From Octopus sinensis (Eukaryota), in the NCBI RefSeq assembly GCF_006345805.1, contig NC_043010.1, positions 28,706,001 through 28,770,000 of the forward strand: a stretch of 64,000 nt of DNA. The letters run 5' to 3'. Below are positions 49,991-63,494 of this stretch, piece by piece. A program made the translations under genes and the position numbers. The notes below the pieces were generated by a model, which was not told where the DNA came from, ran no database searches, and saw only the letters and a program-made list of their open reading frames with translations. Every line of letters starts with the position of its first letter. Position 1 is the first letter of the stretch.

Positions 49991-51609
49991 ATCGTTAATA
50001 AGCACTGTAGTTGATTTATTGTCAAAATTTAGTGAATTTAGTTTCAATTCCTAATTTGGTTTCTTCAGTTTATTTACTTTTCTTAAGTATCGTTGTAAAA
50101 AGCATGTCATCCATATCTCCTCTCAAAAAAAAAATGTATAAATTCTTTCACTTTAGATCAGTGTTTCCCAACCTGCTTTCTGCCCAGGCCCACTGATGGT
50201 TGGGAAAAAAGTTGTAATATGCTTGCTGTAAAGAAAAAGATTTTTACAATTCCATGTCCCACTAAAAAAAAAAAAAAAAAAAGGATCCCATTCCCTACCA
50301 CAATTTTCCCAGGCTCCACTTTGGAAATCACTGCTTTAGATTTACTCTGAAAGATGTGGCTAGTGGCTTTGGCTGTTGTGCTCACAATTGTTAGGTCATG
50401 GGTTTGATTTCATATTGCTCCAGTTCGCTATGAGTGCCAATGGTTACTTCGAGCTTTGCTCTGTGACTGGCTGGTTTCTTGAGAAATCTTGTACTCTCAG
50501 TCTGAATACCTTGAAAATCTAGGTAAGCTCTGGCTTTGTAAACCACCTGCTGGATTGAGGCAGACTCTATGTCTACTAAAAAAATTTACTGCTGTTGCTA
50601 AGATAGAGAAGTGGGCACAGCTGGAGTGGGGATGCAATATTACACTGCTTTTTTTTAATACTCAAGATGAAATATATACTAGTGATACACTGGTATCAGT
50701 TTAGTCAACTATTTCCACTCTGTTTCTTTCATAAGTTGGCCTAGTGAGTGCCTCTGAAAGAATTTACTATTTGTAAGAAATAATTACAAACTGTATTGAA
50801 TTAGTTTTTAATCAGGATTGATGCAATGACAGAAATGGTAAAATGCCAGACTGGATACCTTACAGTATTTATAATTTCTTCCACCACCATCACCACCACT
50901 ATCCCTTTGAATTGATCCTCTGGGATTGTTGATAAAGAAAGAGAAAGAAATAGATATCACAAACACATACACACACATGTACAGATGGGGAAGGGGTAAG
51001 GGTCAATCTAATCAACTCTAATGTCTCTAATAAATTTGTGGCTTTTGGCCAATGTAAAGAAAGAAAATCGTTATCTTTATTACTCAACTGCTGTTATATT
51101 TTCCTGTTTCGAAATTATTTCCACCTCAATAATATTTTTTTAAACCATTTTTCTTCCCCACTTCCTCCCTCTCTCGACTTGCTTTCAAAGGTGGCCTTTA
51201 GTATTGGACCTGTTACATCTATAATAAGATTATGTGGATGTGTATGAATATTTATGCACATCCGTGTGTGTGCGCGGTTACTATTCATATTGCAATCATT
51301 GTTATAAGTGCACTGGAGATGGTTTGGACTGTGGAGAACTAGTTAGATGCTCTTTACACTCTCTGGTTCAGTGGTTCTGGGTTCAAATCATGCCAACCTT
51401 GACTTCACCTTTTATAGCCCAGTTACTCCTTCCCCTACCATCACCTTCTTTCATTGCCTGATAAAGTGGAGAAATATTTACAGAGTAAATACCTGTAATT
51501 AACAAAGTTAATATTAAATATATCTTTCCCTTAAAATAATACAGGAATTTGTGCCTATGCAAAAAAAAAAACCTATCATCATTGCTATTATCAACATCAT
51601 TGTTGTTAT

Positions 51610-52578
51610 GCCATACTGTATTTGTTCCAATTCTTAGTTCTGAGTTCAGATCCTACCAAGATCAACTTTTTGGGGTTAATAAAATAAGTACCAGTTAAGT
51701 GCCAGGGTTGATGGTATTATTGACTAACCACTACCCATAAATTTCAGGTCTTGCACCTATATTAGAAACAATTATTGTTATTATTTGGTAGGATTGTTAG
51801 AGCATCCTACCATTGTCAACTTTGCTTTTCATCCCTCTGGAGTCAATATAATTGACCAACCCCTCCCCCTAAAATTGCTGGACTTGTGCAAAAGATTAAA
51901 AATTGTTGCGAGCTGGCAGAATCGTTATTGCACTGGGCAAAATGCTTAGTGGCATTTCATGCCTCTACATTCTGAGTTCAAATCCCACCAAGGTCAACTT
52001 TGCCTTTCATCCTTTCAGAGTTGATGTAATCAACTTACCCCCTCCCCTGAAATTGCTGGCCTTGTGCCAAAATTTGAAATCATTATCATCATCATCATCA
52101 TTAAGGCAGCAAGCTGGAAGAATCATTAAATGTGCCAGACAAATGCCTATCAACATTTCTTCCAGTTCTGCATTCTGAGTTGGAATGTCATTGAAGTTAC
52201 CTTTTGGGGTTGATGTAATTGTCTAGCCCTCTTCCCCAAAATTTCAGGCCTTGTATCTTTAGTAGAAAGAGTTCTTGTTATTATTATCGTCATCAGCACG
52301 ATGGTGAGTGGCAGAATCTGTGCTGTGTTAGAGAAAAATACTTTGTTATATCTATTTCTCAGTTTGGATTGAAATGGAATTTGGTTTTTGTCCCTGCAAA
52401 ATTGATATAAAATTGTACCGGTAATATTCTAGGAGTTGACTGGATTGAGTAAATCCCCTTCCCTTAAAACTAGTATATAAACAAAGACAGTAGAAGTTTA
52501 TTTTCTGTTTAGTGACTCAAAGTTTTGTGTTCAAATAACAGCAGAGTAGAATTTGCATCTCATTACCCACCTTCACTT

Positions 52579-52609
<31 letters not shown>

Positions 52610-53250
52610 GCAATCTATTTCCATCATATACTGATCTTTTACCAAGTCATAAAACAATTATTTTATGTTTTTGTCAACCCTTGTGGTAAAATAAAGAAAG
52701 CATTTTTATTATTATTGTTATTATGGCAACAGAACTAGCTTAATCATTAGTATGTTAGATAAAATGCTTACAGCATTTCTCTTGAGTTCTAAGTTCAAAT
52801 ACTATCAACATCACTTTTGCCTTTCATCCTTTCAGGATAAAATAAGTACCAGTCAAGTATGGCGAGGTGGGGGTTGATGCAATAAGCTTATATTCTCTTA
52901 AAGTTGCTGACCTTTTGCCAAAATTTGAAATAATTATTATCATTATTACTGTTATTAGGACAGTAAAGTGCCAGAATAGTTTAGCACATCAGACAAAATA
53001 CCTTGTGTTATTTGTTACAGGTCTATATGCTCTAAGTTCAAATCCTACTGCAACTAACTTTGCTTTTCATACTTCTGGTGGTCCATAAAATAATGTGTAT
53101 CAGTCAAGTACTATCCCTTTCTCAAGAATCTATTTTTGTTTTAGGGTAAGGGATTGGCAGAATCAATATGCCTTCTGGTATTTACATTTTGAATTCAAAT
53201 CCTGTGAAGTTTAACTCTGCCAGCCATCTTGTTTCCAGAGTTGATATATG
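51610..53250 (+). mobile_element. Array of about 8 SINE family A copies and fragments
   Basis: Same motifs, all on the + strand. Confidence 0.8.
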
Positions 53251-54279
53251 ATCAATTAGCTACTAAGTTCTCAAATTGACCAAAACTGTGTTTTCTCATT
53301 TCCTCCCCTCCTCCCCCATCGCATGTTTAACTTTTTTATTATTAAGTCAATGGCTATATCTGCATTGACAACACCTCTCTAAATGTATTACGGTTATTTT
53401 AGCTTCATTTTTTAGGGTCCCTGCATTCAGATGCTTTTTACAATCCATTTTAATCTTCAACAACAAACAACTGTTTTGTTTGCTTATCATCATCATAATT
53501 ATTTAATGAATCTTGTTACATTTTTTATTATACAACAAATTGCTTTTTCTTTGTCTTTTTTAGTTATTGATTTTGGTTTACTTATATCTCCACTGTCCCT
53601 CTTCCACTTTAAAAAGATTTTCCCCCTGAAGTCAGTTCTAAGTCCTTTCCAGGGTAACCATGGCAGTAAGAATCATGAAATAAAATAAAGGTATATGTGA
53701 GGGTGGGGTTATTTTGATTTTATTTTTTATTTATCCAAGTAAGTTCCTTGGTGATATCAGTTTTGGAGTTTAATACCCACCTATTTTGTTTGATTTTAAA
53801 GCAACATGTAGCTGGGTCTTTTTTTTTTTTTTTTACCTCCATAATTCAGTTTAGTGCCTGTCTCAGTTGGTCGGGATATTCTGAGTGTAATTTAGTGCCT
53901 AGCTAATTTATTTGGTGTTTTGTTTTGTCACCATTTTTTATGTAAACATTAAATTTATACATTCAAAAGACTTGTATCCATAACCTACAGCTACAGATGA
54001 CAACAACAACAATCCCATCCCCTGCCTCCATGCAATATGTTTGTGAAGGCAGGACAGTTCTTTTCTGGATAAACTGAATCAAATTTGTTTTATCCAGAAA
54101 CTCAATACTTGCAGTAGATTTGAACTTAAAGTCTTATAGTTTGTAGTCCAGTGCCTAATTCATTTAAGCATTTCAACATTTTTATTATATTTTATTGAAT
54201 CTGAAATATCAATGAAGCTGTTGTAAATCTTTATTAGTGTGTCTTCTTATAGTCATAATCATAGATATTATTATAGTTA

Positions 54280-55410
54280 GGGCAATGGATTGATAGAATT
54301 GGTAAAACTTTGGCCAAAATTTTTTGGGGTATTTCTTCGAACATTGCATCCTGGGTACAAATCCTGCCATGGTCAGCATTGCTCTTCTATTCCACTGGAT
54401 TCGATGTAAATTGACTAACCTCATCTTCCAATTTTCAAGCCTTGTGCCTATTTTTAACAATTTTCAAGTGGTGAATTTGCAGAATCATTAGAGTGTTGGA
54501 GGAATAATGTCATGCATTATTTGTTTCAGCCCTTTACGTTCTTATTTTAAATCCCACCAAGGTTGACTTTCCCCTTCATCCTCTCGGGGTCAATAAAATA
54601 AGTACCAGTTGAGCACTGGGGTTGATGTAATCAACTTACATCTTCCCTTGGAATTGCTGTCCTTGAGCCAAAATTTGAAACCACCACCACCACCATCATC
54701 ATCATGAGGGCTGTAGATAAGCAGAATTGTTAGAGCAGACAAAATATTTTGGAGGATTTAGTTATTGTCCTTTACATTATGACGTCAACTTTTGAGTATT
54801 ATTCTTGATAAAATAAAGTACCAGTGTCATACAAGGGTTGATATCTTTATATATCCCACTGCCCCAATAATTTCAAGTCATGTACACTATGTTAGATATA
54901 GTTATTACTATTGCTAAGATGAAGTGGCATATTGAGAACTAGAGGTAATGTCTTAGTAACTTGGTTTCAATTTTCACTTGTTTGAAATAATAGCATTTCA
55001 CTAAATATCCATAGTAAAAACTATAACTTGACAACTTTCATTTCAAATTCCATTTCACTCTGATCCTCACCATTTTTTTTCCAAATCTCATGCATCTCTG
55101 TCTTTGCCAATACAAACATCATCATCATCGAAACCACATTGCCTTTCATCCTTTCTGGGTCTATAAAATAAAGTCAATTTCATTAACTAACCCTCCTACC
55201 CTCATATTTTGGCCTTAGAAAAAGTTATTTAAGGGCAGTGAATTGGCAGAATTGTTAGAATAATTTACATGTGGTATTTCTTCTAGCTCTATGTTTTGAG
55301 TTCAAATCCTGCCATGATCAACTTTGCTTTCCATCCCTTTAGGGTTAATTCAATTGACTATTTCTTTCTTCCAAATTTCAGGCCTTGCACCTATGTTAGA
55401 AACTATTATC
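54280..55410 (+). mobile_element. Array of about 5 SINE family A copies and fragments
   Basis: Same motifs, all on the + strand. Confidence 0.8.
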
Positions 55411-55900
55411 ATAAACATTACGTACACTGCCACCAACATTTTAGTGTTGGCTGGTGTAGCAGATGTAAAACTAGAGAGATATCATTTCCTCCCCTGTTTG
55501 ATCTACAGCCAGGGTGGGTGGGAAATCCAAGTAAATCTGACTCTATTATTACTTCCATTTCATCACTCTTTTGGGAACAAATGTAAGGATTCCATTTTTT
55601 TGATTACTTTCCCACCTTTTATTGTGGGCTTTGTGTGCATGTGTGAGTGTATACAAACATATATACACACATTAACTGACAAGCAGGCACTTATGAAATA
55701 AACACACACACACACATGACATGTATGTTTGGATATAAGGACATTGAAAGTAATTTTTTAATGTTTTTCCTTTTCAAATTTTTAAAATTTCCTAAAAAAA
55801 AAGTTCCTTAAATTGTCTTTGGGTTGATCTATACCAATGATTACCATCTGTATAGCAGGTTTCCTCACCCATGTGTTTTATATGTATGTGTATATGTGTT

Positions 55901-55940
<40 letters not shown>

Positions 55941-56223
55941 TATCTATGTATATATATATTTACACACACATCCTTACATGCATGTGTGTGTGTGTGTGTG
56001 CATATAAACTGAGCAGAAGACAAGAAATGGCTGGGGAGTTTAATGATGTGGAAATAAAATTTTAAACTACCAGTTTAAAAAAGAACTAGTAAATATTCTT
56101 CTGGTCTCTGGTAGTTTAAAAAAAAAATTATTGTTATTATTGTTATACAGTGGCCTTCAGCCAACTTCAAGTGTGAAATTCATTATTAATGTTGCCTTGT
56201 GCCTAGTCAGAAGAAAATATTTC

Positions 56224-56260
<37 letters not shown>

Positions 56261-56262
<2 letters not shown>

Positions 56263-56683
56263 GGTGGTGAGCTGGCAGAATCATTACCATGCTGGGAAAA
56301 ATGCTTCGTAACATTTCTTCTGGCTTCATGTTCTGAGTCCAGGTACCACCAGGGTCAACTTTGCCTTTTATCCTTATAAGTACCAGTTGGACACTGGGGC
56401 CAATGTAATCAGCTTATCCCCTCCCCTGAAATTGCTGGCTTTGTGCCAAAATTTGAAACCATTATTACTTATAGGCAATGGACTAGCAGAATCAGTGGAG
56501 TATTGGACAATACCTTGTTCTATCTTTTTTATGTTCTTAGTTCAAATTTCACAAAAGTCAACTTTGCCTTTCATCCTTCTGGGGGTCAATAAAATAAAGT
56601 ACTAGTCAAGAACAGGGGTTGATTTCATCGACTTTTCTCTTCCCTCATATTTCTGGCCTTGTACCAATAATAGAAACAATTAT
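56261..56683 (+). mobile_element. Two tandem SINE family A copies following an (ATT)n tract
   Basis: aaggtggtgagctggcagaatc at 56261 and aggcaatggactagcagaatc at 56472. Confidence 0.85.
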
Positions 56684-59600
56684 ACTTTTTTTTTCCACAC
56701 ACTGTGTCTTTGGTGAAACACAAGAATGGTTGATCTGTATGTATACGTGAGTGAGGAGGGCAGAGGGTGGTTATTTAGTGACCTGCTCAACCAAGCTGAT
56801 TGTATAATGTGAATCTAGCTTTTTTTTTTTGTGTGTGTGTGTGTATGTTGTTTTATCTCCATATCATCTCTTGAGATTGGTACCAGCGATGCCTTAAGGG
56901 GCTACTTATGGTGTGCAGCCAGCTGTGCACAGCAGACATAAGTATGTATACATCTCTATCTCTATTACTTTATTACCTGTGTAAAAAAAAATTATTATTC
57001 CTTCTTGGGCTCTTCAATGCAGGTGCATTTATTGCATTTTTGATATGTTTGTCATTACATGTAGATATGCACACATACATTACATATAGTTAAGTATACA
57101 TATGTATACACACAAACACACGTTTTGACCTAAATTCCTGCAGCATATGTAAATAGATTAAATTAATGGGAGAGCCCATATATATATATATATATGATGG
57201 TTCTCTCGTTAATATGAACATTCAGTTGTTTGATCGATTGGATGAGTAGTCATTGAATCATCATGATGGCTGAGTATTATACAGACAATTGTACCCTTAG
57301 CATGACATGAGTGATACAAGGTTGAACCATTGAATTACAGGTACAATCAATCCAACAGGCTTTTACATAGTTTCCATCAGCTTAAATTCACTCCCAAGTT
57401 TGGGGTGAAGCTGAGATATGAAAGCCACTTGCCTAAGATTGATCTCATGGTTGTAAAGCGAACTTCTCAGTCACTCAGCCATATCTGCATCCATAATATA
57501 TATATTCATTCCATTCTGCTGTTTTCAATCCACTATGAGTGAAGATTCAGTATGCCATTGTGAGTTGTCTATGCTAGTTATAGGCCTACCTATCCACACC
57601 AGGTTGAATGGGATGCTCCCCAAGCCAAGTGATTAGAGCCACTGGCATCTGATTCAATATATATGCTAACATAAACACATACAAATATCAAACATCTTCC
57701 AGACTTTGTTTATCAATTGTAATGAGCACTTTGACATTTATTTCTGCAAGCACCTACCTTTTTGGCATAGTACTAAGCTATTAGTAGACCTACTCATATT
57801 TATAATTAGTATCCACCTACTATTAGTTGACAAAGATACTACTGTAGTCAATAAACCCTTTTATATCATGCTGAGTTTATTTTAATGGAACTTAGATAAA
57901 ACCTTTGCGAATATCTTCGAAAATTTTGCATAAGTCTATGTATGTACATGAAATGTGTGTGTGTAGAAGAGAGAGAGGGAGAGATGTGATTTAGGATGTG
58001 CTTGTGCATATGCATTTGTGTGTGCGTGCACGTGTGTGTGTGTGTATATGTATGTATATACACACATACATGGCTATGTCTGCTGAAACTTGACTGTTTT
58101 TAAGTAACAGCACATTAGTGTACCCATTCTCTAAGTACATAAACCATATCAGGGTACTCTATTGTAACTAGTTCACCATGTAGGAGTAACCCCTCAATAT
58201 TGAAATAACCTAGCTTTCCTCCCCCTCCTGCCTACCTGCTCACCCCTCTCTCCATAGATGGGCATATTCATAAAAAGTCAACCAACTGACCATAGTAGAA
58301 ACTCTCAGCATCGCTTGTGTCCTTCATTGCGGTGTGTGACAGCAACAGGAGCACCGAGTACTTAATTACTCACTCTTCCCTAACTCTGACGGGTTGAGGT
58401 GAGAGCTGATAGCTCACATCCAAATGAAATGTAAGAATTGGGGTACAACACTTCAATTGTTTGAGGTTTGTGCCTTAATTTATATATATATATATAAATA
58501 TATATACACACAATTGTTTCCAAAATTTATTCAAATACACAAGCATACACTCTCACAAACAAATACATCTATGCAGTTTCTTCACGTCACATCATGTGTA
58601 CTCCGGACATGCGTATTTATGATACAAATATGTGTACATTACACATTGGCAGAACCTTTTTAAACAATTTTTTTTTAAAGTTTTTTTATATATACATTCA
58701 TATATATATGCACACACACATATATATATTAGCATGACACCTTTCAGAATGTACACTTTGTAGCCCAGCTGTAAGCTGCACACTAGCTGACGTACACTAA
58801 GCATGCATTGGCATGTGTGTGCAACCCATGTGTTTTTTTAAAATCCTTTTTACATTTTATCAATATAATTACTTTGTAATTGTTTTGAATAAACATTCAT
58901 TTCAATACAATTTAACATTTTGTTGATCTTGAATTATTCATTTGTTCCTTTTTAACATCTATTTTTCCATGGGAGTTATTTGAAGTACAGTTTATATTTG
59001 CTTGAATGCTCTTCCTCTCATCAATCATGATTTGATACAGTCAGTCTGTTTTGACAAAGGTACTTTTTGGTGCTGGAAGAAAATGCACACAGGAATATAC
59101 ACAAACAGACACAGAGTGAGAAGGAGAGAGAGACAATATAATTTATTAATTGGCTATGATTGACATACACATTTTCCCTCTCCTCACACTCATAAACTGA
59201 GCAAGTGGAAGAGAGAGAGAGAACATGGTAAGCATTAACCCTACATCATTCAGATTACTCTGTCAAATATAGTGCTTTATTCTTTTACTTGTTTCAGTCA
59301 TTTGACTGTGGCTGTACTGAAGCACCAAACATTTTTTTAAATCATGTATGATCTTATAGCTTAGAGATTTCTAAGACGTGATTGCTTATTTTTAGAATGA
59401 CATTGCAAGGTAGGTGTGAGATGCTGAATCTGGTCAGTTTGAATATAAAACAAGTAAAATGTTTTGGCTGAATATGGACACTTTAAATACTAAAGGGTTA
59501 AAATGTCTGATGTTGGAAAAGTTAGTGGAGCCAAAATAACTGCCAAAATGTCTCATACATTCAATATCTATTGATCAAGTAAGAGATTTCTTTATTCCGT

Positions 59601-60733
59601 ACAATAAATGCAGGGCATTGGTACTGCTTTGCTCAAATCGCAACGAGTGCAGAATATTCAAGCACATGCACACATGTATATATTTATAAAAGGCTTCCAA
59701 AAATTTCTATCCACCAAATTACTTGGCCCAGAGCTATAGTAGAAGACACTTATCCAAAGTGTCACAGTAGGTCTGAACCCAAAACCATGTGGTTATGAGG
59801 CAAACTTTTTAATTACACAGTCAGTGGTTGTTAATTTGTTTTATTTATCAGCTATGGTCATGCTAGAGTTAAGATTTTAATTTATCAGACAGACTTTTAA
59901 CCATATCAGGGTTCACCACATGAACCAGTGACAACGCCACTTCTTCACAATGAGCAAATGTCTGAAAAGTTGAATTCTTCACCCTTCTCAATCACTGAAC
60001 TTACCAAAGTGTCCTATAACTACATCAACATTGATTATTTGGCATGTCCCAGACTTGATAAAAATGTTCTGCCCATGGAGGGTTCAATGGGGGTTAATCC
60101 TTAACATCCCTCATTCTTGTGAAAGATCATATAAAAGAGAAACCGGAGTAGAGGGAGCTCAAAGGGCCAGAAACCAGAATAGAGGAATACCAAGAAAACA
60201 TCTGTGCTAGAATGGTGTTAGAAATGAAAAAGTGAGAAATTCACTGAGAGTTAGAAAAGAACATCAAAAAACCTTAATGAGAGGAAAAACATTCAAGTTA
60301 GGAATTGCTTAACATATGTATATGGTGTGAAAAGGAGAAAATATGTATACACATAAACACACATTTTCTCCAATTTAATTGTTTTTCTTATTTTACTCTT
60401 TTACTCTTATTCTATTGCATAACTTTTGTCTCAAAGTGACTTTAATTACAGGTAAATCCAGGTAAATTGAGCAAAAAGTAAAAATATTAAAATTTTGTTT
60501 AAACATCACCATAGAAAATGAATCATCAGCTAATATTCAAATGGGTATGCAACAAAATTTTGATAAAGAAGAATTGTGCACATCACTATATCATCAATTG
60601 AATTTAATGCACAACAGGTGTACCATAAAGGTGGAATAAACTGAAATATTGGAATCCACCGTAAGTTTGACCGAACTAAAGAAATCGGTCAAAAAATAAT
60701 ATACGGCCCTGGTTATGGTATGGAAGTGATAAA

Positions 60734-61012
60734 TTCCAGACCACATCGTTCCCTAGGCCATGCTGACTAACATTATTTTCCCTGTATAAAAAATAAATCC
60801 ACGCAGTACCCAGTATTTGCTTCACAAATTTTCCGAAATTTGAACCCTCATTTTGTATTTGTTTACGTTCTGCGTAAGTTTGTTTCCGCATTGATCGCTT
60901 CAAACAATAACTTCCAGACCACATCATACCCTAAGCCATGCTGACTAACATTAGTTTCCCTGTATAAAAACTAAATCCACAACAGTACCCAGTATTTGTT
61001 TCACAAATTTTC
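60734..61012. repeat. Direct repeat of ~100 bp with 178-bp spacing inside a probable DNA transposon remnant
   Basis: ttccagaccacatc...cacaaattttcc at 60734-60833 and 60912-61012. A downstream terminus ...gtaacgaaagggTTAA (61327-61330) is piggyBac-like. Confidence 0.75.
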
Positions 61013-61878
61013 CAATTCGGAATCAATGCTTGATAACATGAAACTCCTATCTATTTTCAAAGTTGAAGAAAAATCGATGCCGAAAAAAATGTGGAAAAAA
61101 AATCTCCCAAAATTCAGGGAATTAAAATTACACGTCGATCTTTGTACAAAACTGTAGATGAACTGTTTACGAAGCATAATCACGTGTTTTCACGAATGTA
61201 CTAAAGAGATTTGCTCTGATATTCTCATTTAAATATGAATAGGTAAATTCGGGCGGGTTTGGGCGATTTGGTCACATTAACCAAAATTTTTTTCGGGCGG
61301 CTTTGGGCGGTTTGGTAACGAAAGGGTTAAGCAAAAATTCGAGAAAAGTAAATATTTTACGATTTGCCTCTCTAATTTCAACTGCTTCACTCCTGCTATT
61401 ACCATACTTTCTCCTACTTTCTCTTTGCAAGTGTACCTTAAACCACTACTCAAAAAAAATACAGAGCAAACAGAAACAAATAAATACATAATGATTTACT
61501 CCTCACACAATTTCTTCAATTGGAATTTACCTATGATTTTTCGAAGTACATTCCATTCGGTCATGGCATATAAATTTCTTTCAATTTGACCCCCAATTAA
61601 GCAAAAATTTGAAAAAACTCAATATTTTACGATTTCCCTCTCTCACTTCAAAGGCTTTACTCCACCTATTAGCACACTTTCTCTTTACACACATAGACAC
61701 GCAAACATATACATATATGACAGTGTCAATTGTTGAAAGAAAATTGTAAGCTAAGAAGGCGTGTGTGTGTAGGAAGTGAAGGATAAAAATATGGCAAGAA
61801 GTGGACAGATGTACATATATACATACATACATCCATACATACATAGATGTGTGTGTGTGTATGTATGTGTGTGTGTTA

Positions 61879-62264
61879 TCTCTCTATATATAAAGCTGAA
61901 GTTGTCTGTGTGCGCCAGGTTTGGTAGCCTTCAACTAACACTATCTCCTCCGAGACCCTGTGGCACAAGTTGACCAAAATTGAGAGTATGATAGAAGGGT
62001 TGCTCTTCCTTCCGTAGAAGATAAAATTCAAATCGGACCATGTTAACACCAACAATTATTTACATCAAAAAGGTGCTTTTTTCTATGAAAATCCTTGTTT
62101 TTTACGATTTTTTCACTGCTGTGTCGCCATTTTTCAGTGTATTTCAACCAGAAAAATGTTCACTTGAAGAGAATAATAAGCTACATAATGCAAAATTTTT
62201 ACTTTTCAAAAATTCCAATTCCAGCGGGTCGAAACAAACCCGAGCAACGCCGCGGGCGATACTG

Positions 62265-62268
<4 letters not shown>
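61879..62268 (+). mobile_element. Non-autonomous Helitron (second copy)
   Basis: TC start, cccg...cggg subterminal hairpin, CTAA end (CTRR), A|T insertion site. Highly similar to 18185-18576. Confidence 0.8.
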
Positions 62269-62308
<40 letters not shown>

Positions 62309-62436
62309 TTACATATAATCATATTTAAGATGTTCATGTACACTTGAGCATGGAAAAACAAAACACTGTGCAAATTATCTAATAGCTTATAGACAATATG
62401 GGTGTAAACACATCATGAAGTAGTGAATGTCACAAC

Positions 62437-62481
62437 TGTAAGATGCCCGCATTTCTACATTGTTATGCTTCATCAGTTACA
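62437..62481 (-). ncRNA. Type-I hammerhead ribozyme motif
   Basis: Minus strand: tgtaa CTGATGA a-gcat-aaca-atgt-a GAAA tgc-gg-gcaT C ttaca. Perfect 5-bp helix I, palindromic helix III, AUC triplet. Confidence 0.7.
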
Positions 62482-63494
62482 TATACTGAGCTATCATTTG
62501 AGACTGCTAAGAGCTGGTCATTCTTACATTAGAATAGCAAATGACACATTTGCTTATGTGTGAGAAGCTTTATCAAGTTGGGATTAATTAATCAGAGGTG
62601 CACTAAGTGTTTCTACATCAGCTATAAATATCAAGCTGACATTGATGGTCATTAAGCTTGTATCGTACGGTCCATTCCTGGCCTAGCAGTGTGTTGACAC
62701 CTATATTGTCTGTAATGACAATTTCTTCTCAAGACAACTTACGCAGCACATTGTCTTTCCATAACTGTATGCAAACGTTAAATATGATTGTACCTAACTG
62801 TATTTCATTCAACACTGCTTTATGTATACATATATATATAAAATTAAATAATCAATAAAATTTTTTTAAATGTTCTCTAACCAGTAAATTGGCTGCTGAA
62901 ATTTATTTACTGCAGAGTAATTTCCGACCTCAGCACACCAAAGTGAAGACACTTGAAAAATTCACCCAAATATAATTTGTAGAACTTTATACATGCTCTA
63001 TTTCAGTTGAACGTTCTGTATCTAGTTCTGGAAATTGTGTTTTGTAAGCAACAGACTATGCTGGCGATCTTGCAGATATCTGCGTGTTTGCATATGTAGA
63101 TATTAACAAGTGAAACCAATGGTACGTAGGTAATCATTTTTTATTTCGTGCATCTTCATTTGTCTTGCTCATTTTTACATTTTGGCGTTTTGCTGAGATT
63201 TTTCTTGAGAACACACTCTTCGTGGTAATAGCAATTTGACATCGTGGTAATAGCAATTTGACATCAATTTGACATCTTTAGCATATTAGGTGTCCACTTT
63301 AGTGATCATTCCTCTTAATTTTGTATATATATATATATATAAGCAAAATAGTTGTAAAATCTCAAGAAGAGCTCAGAATAGTAATTATACTACCAAGTAA
63401 AGTTAATCACCACATCAAAATGACTGTTCCATGTTAATACTAGTTTAACTCCAAACAGATCTGCCAGCTGGTTATGGGTGCAATGATGTACCCT

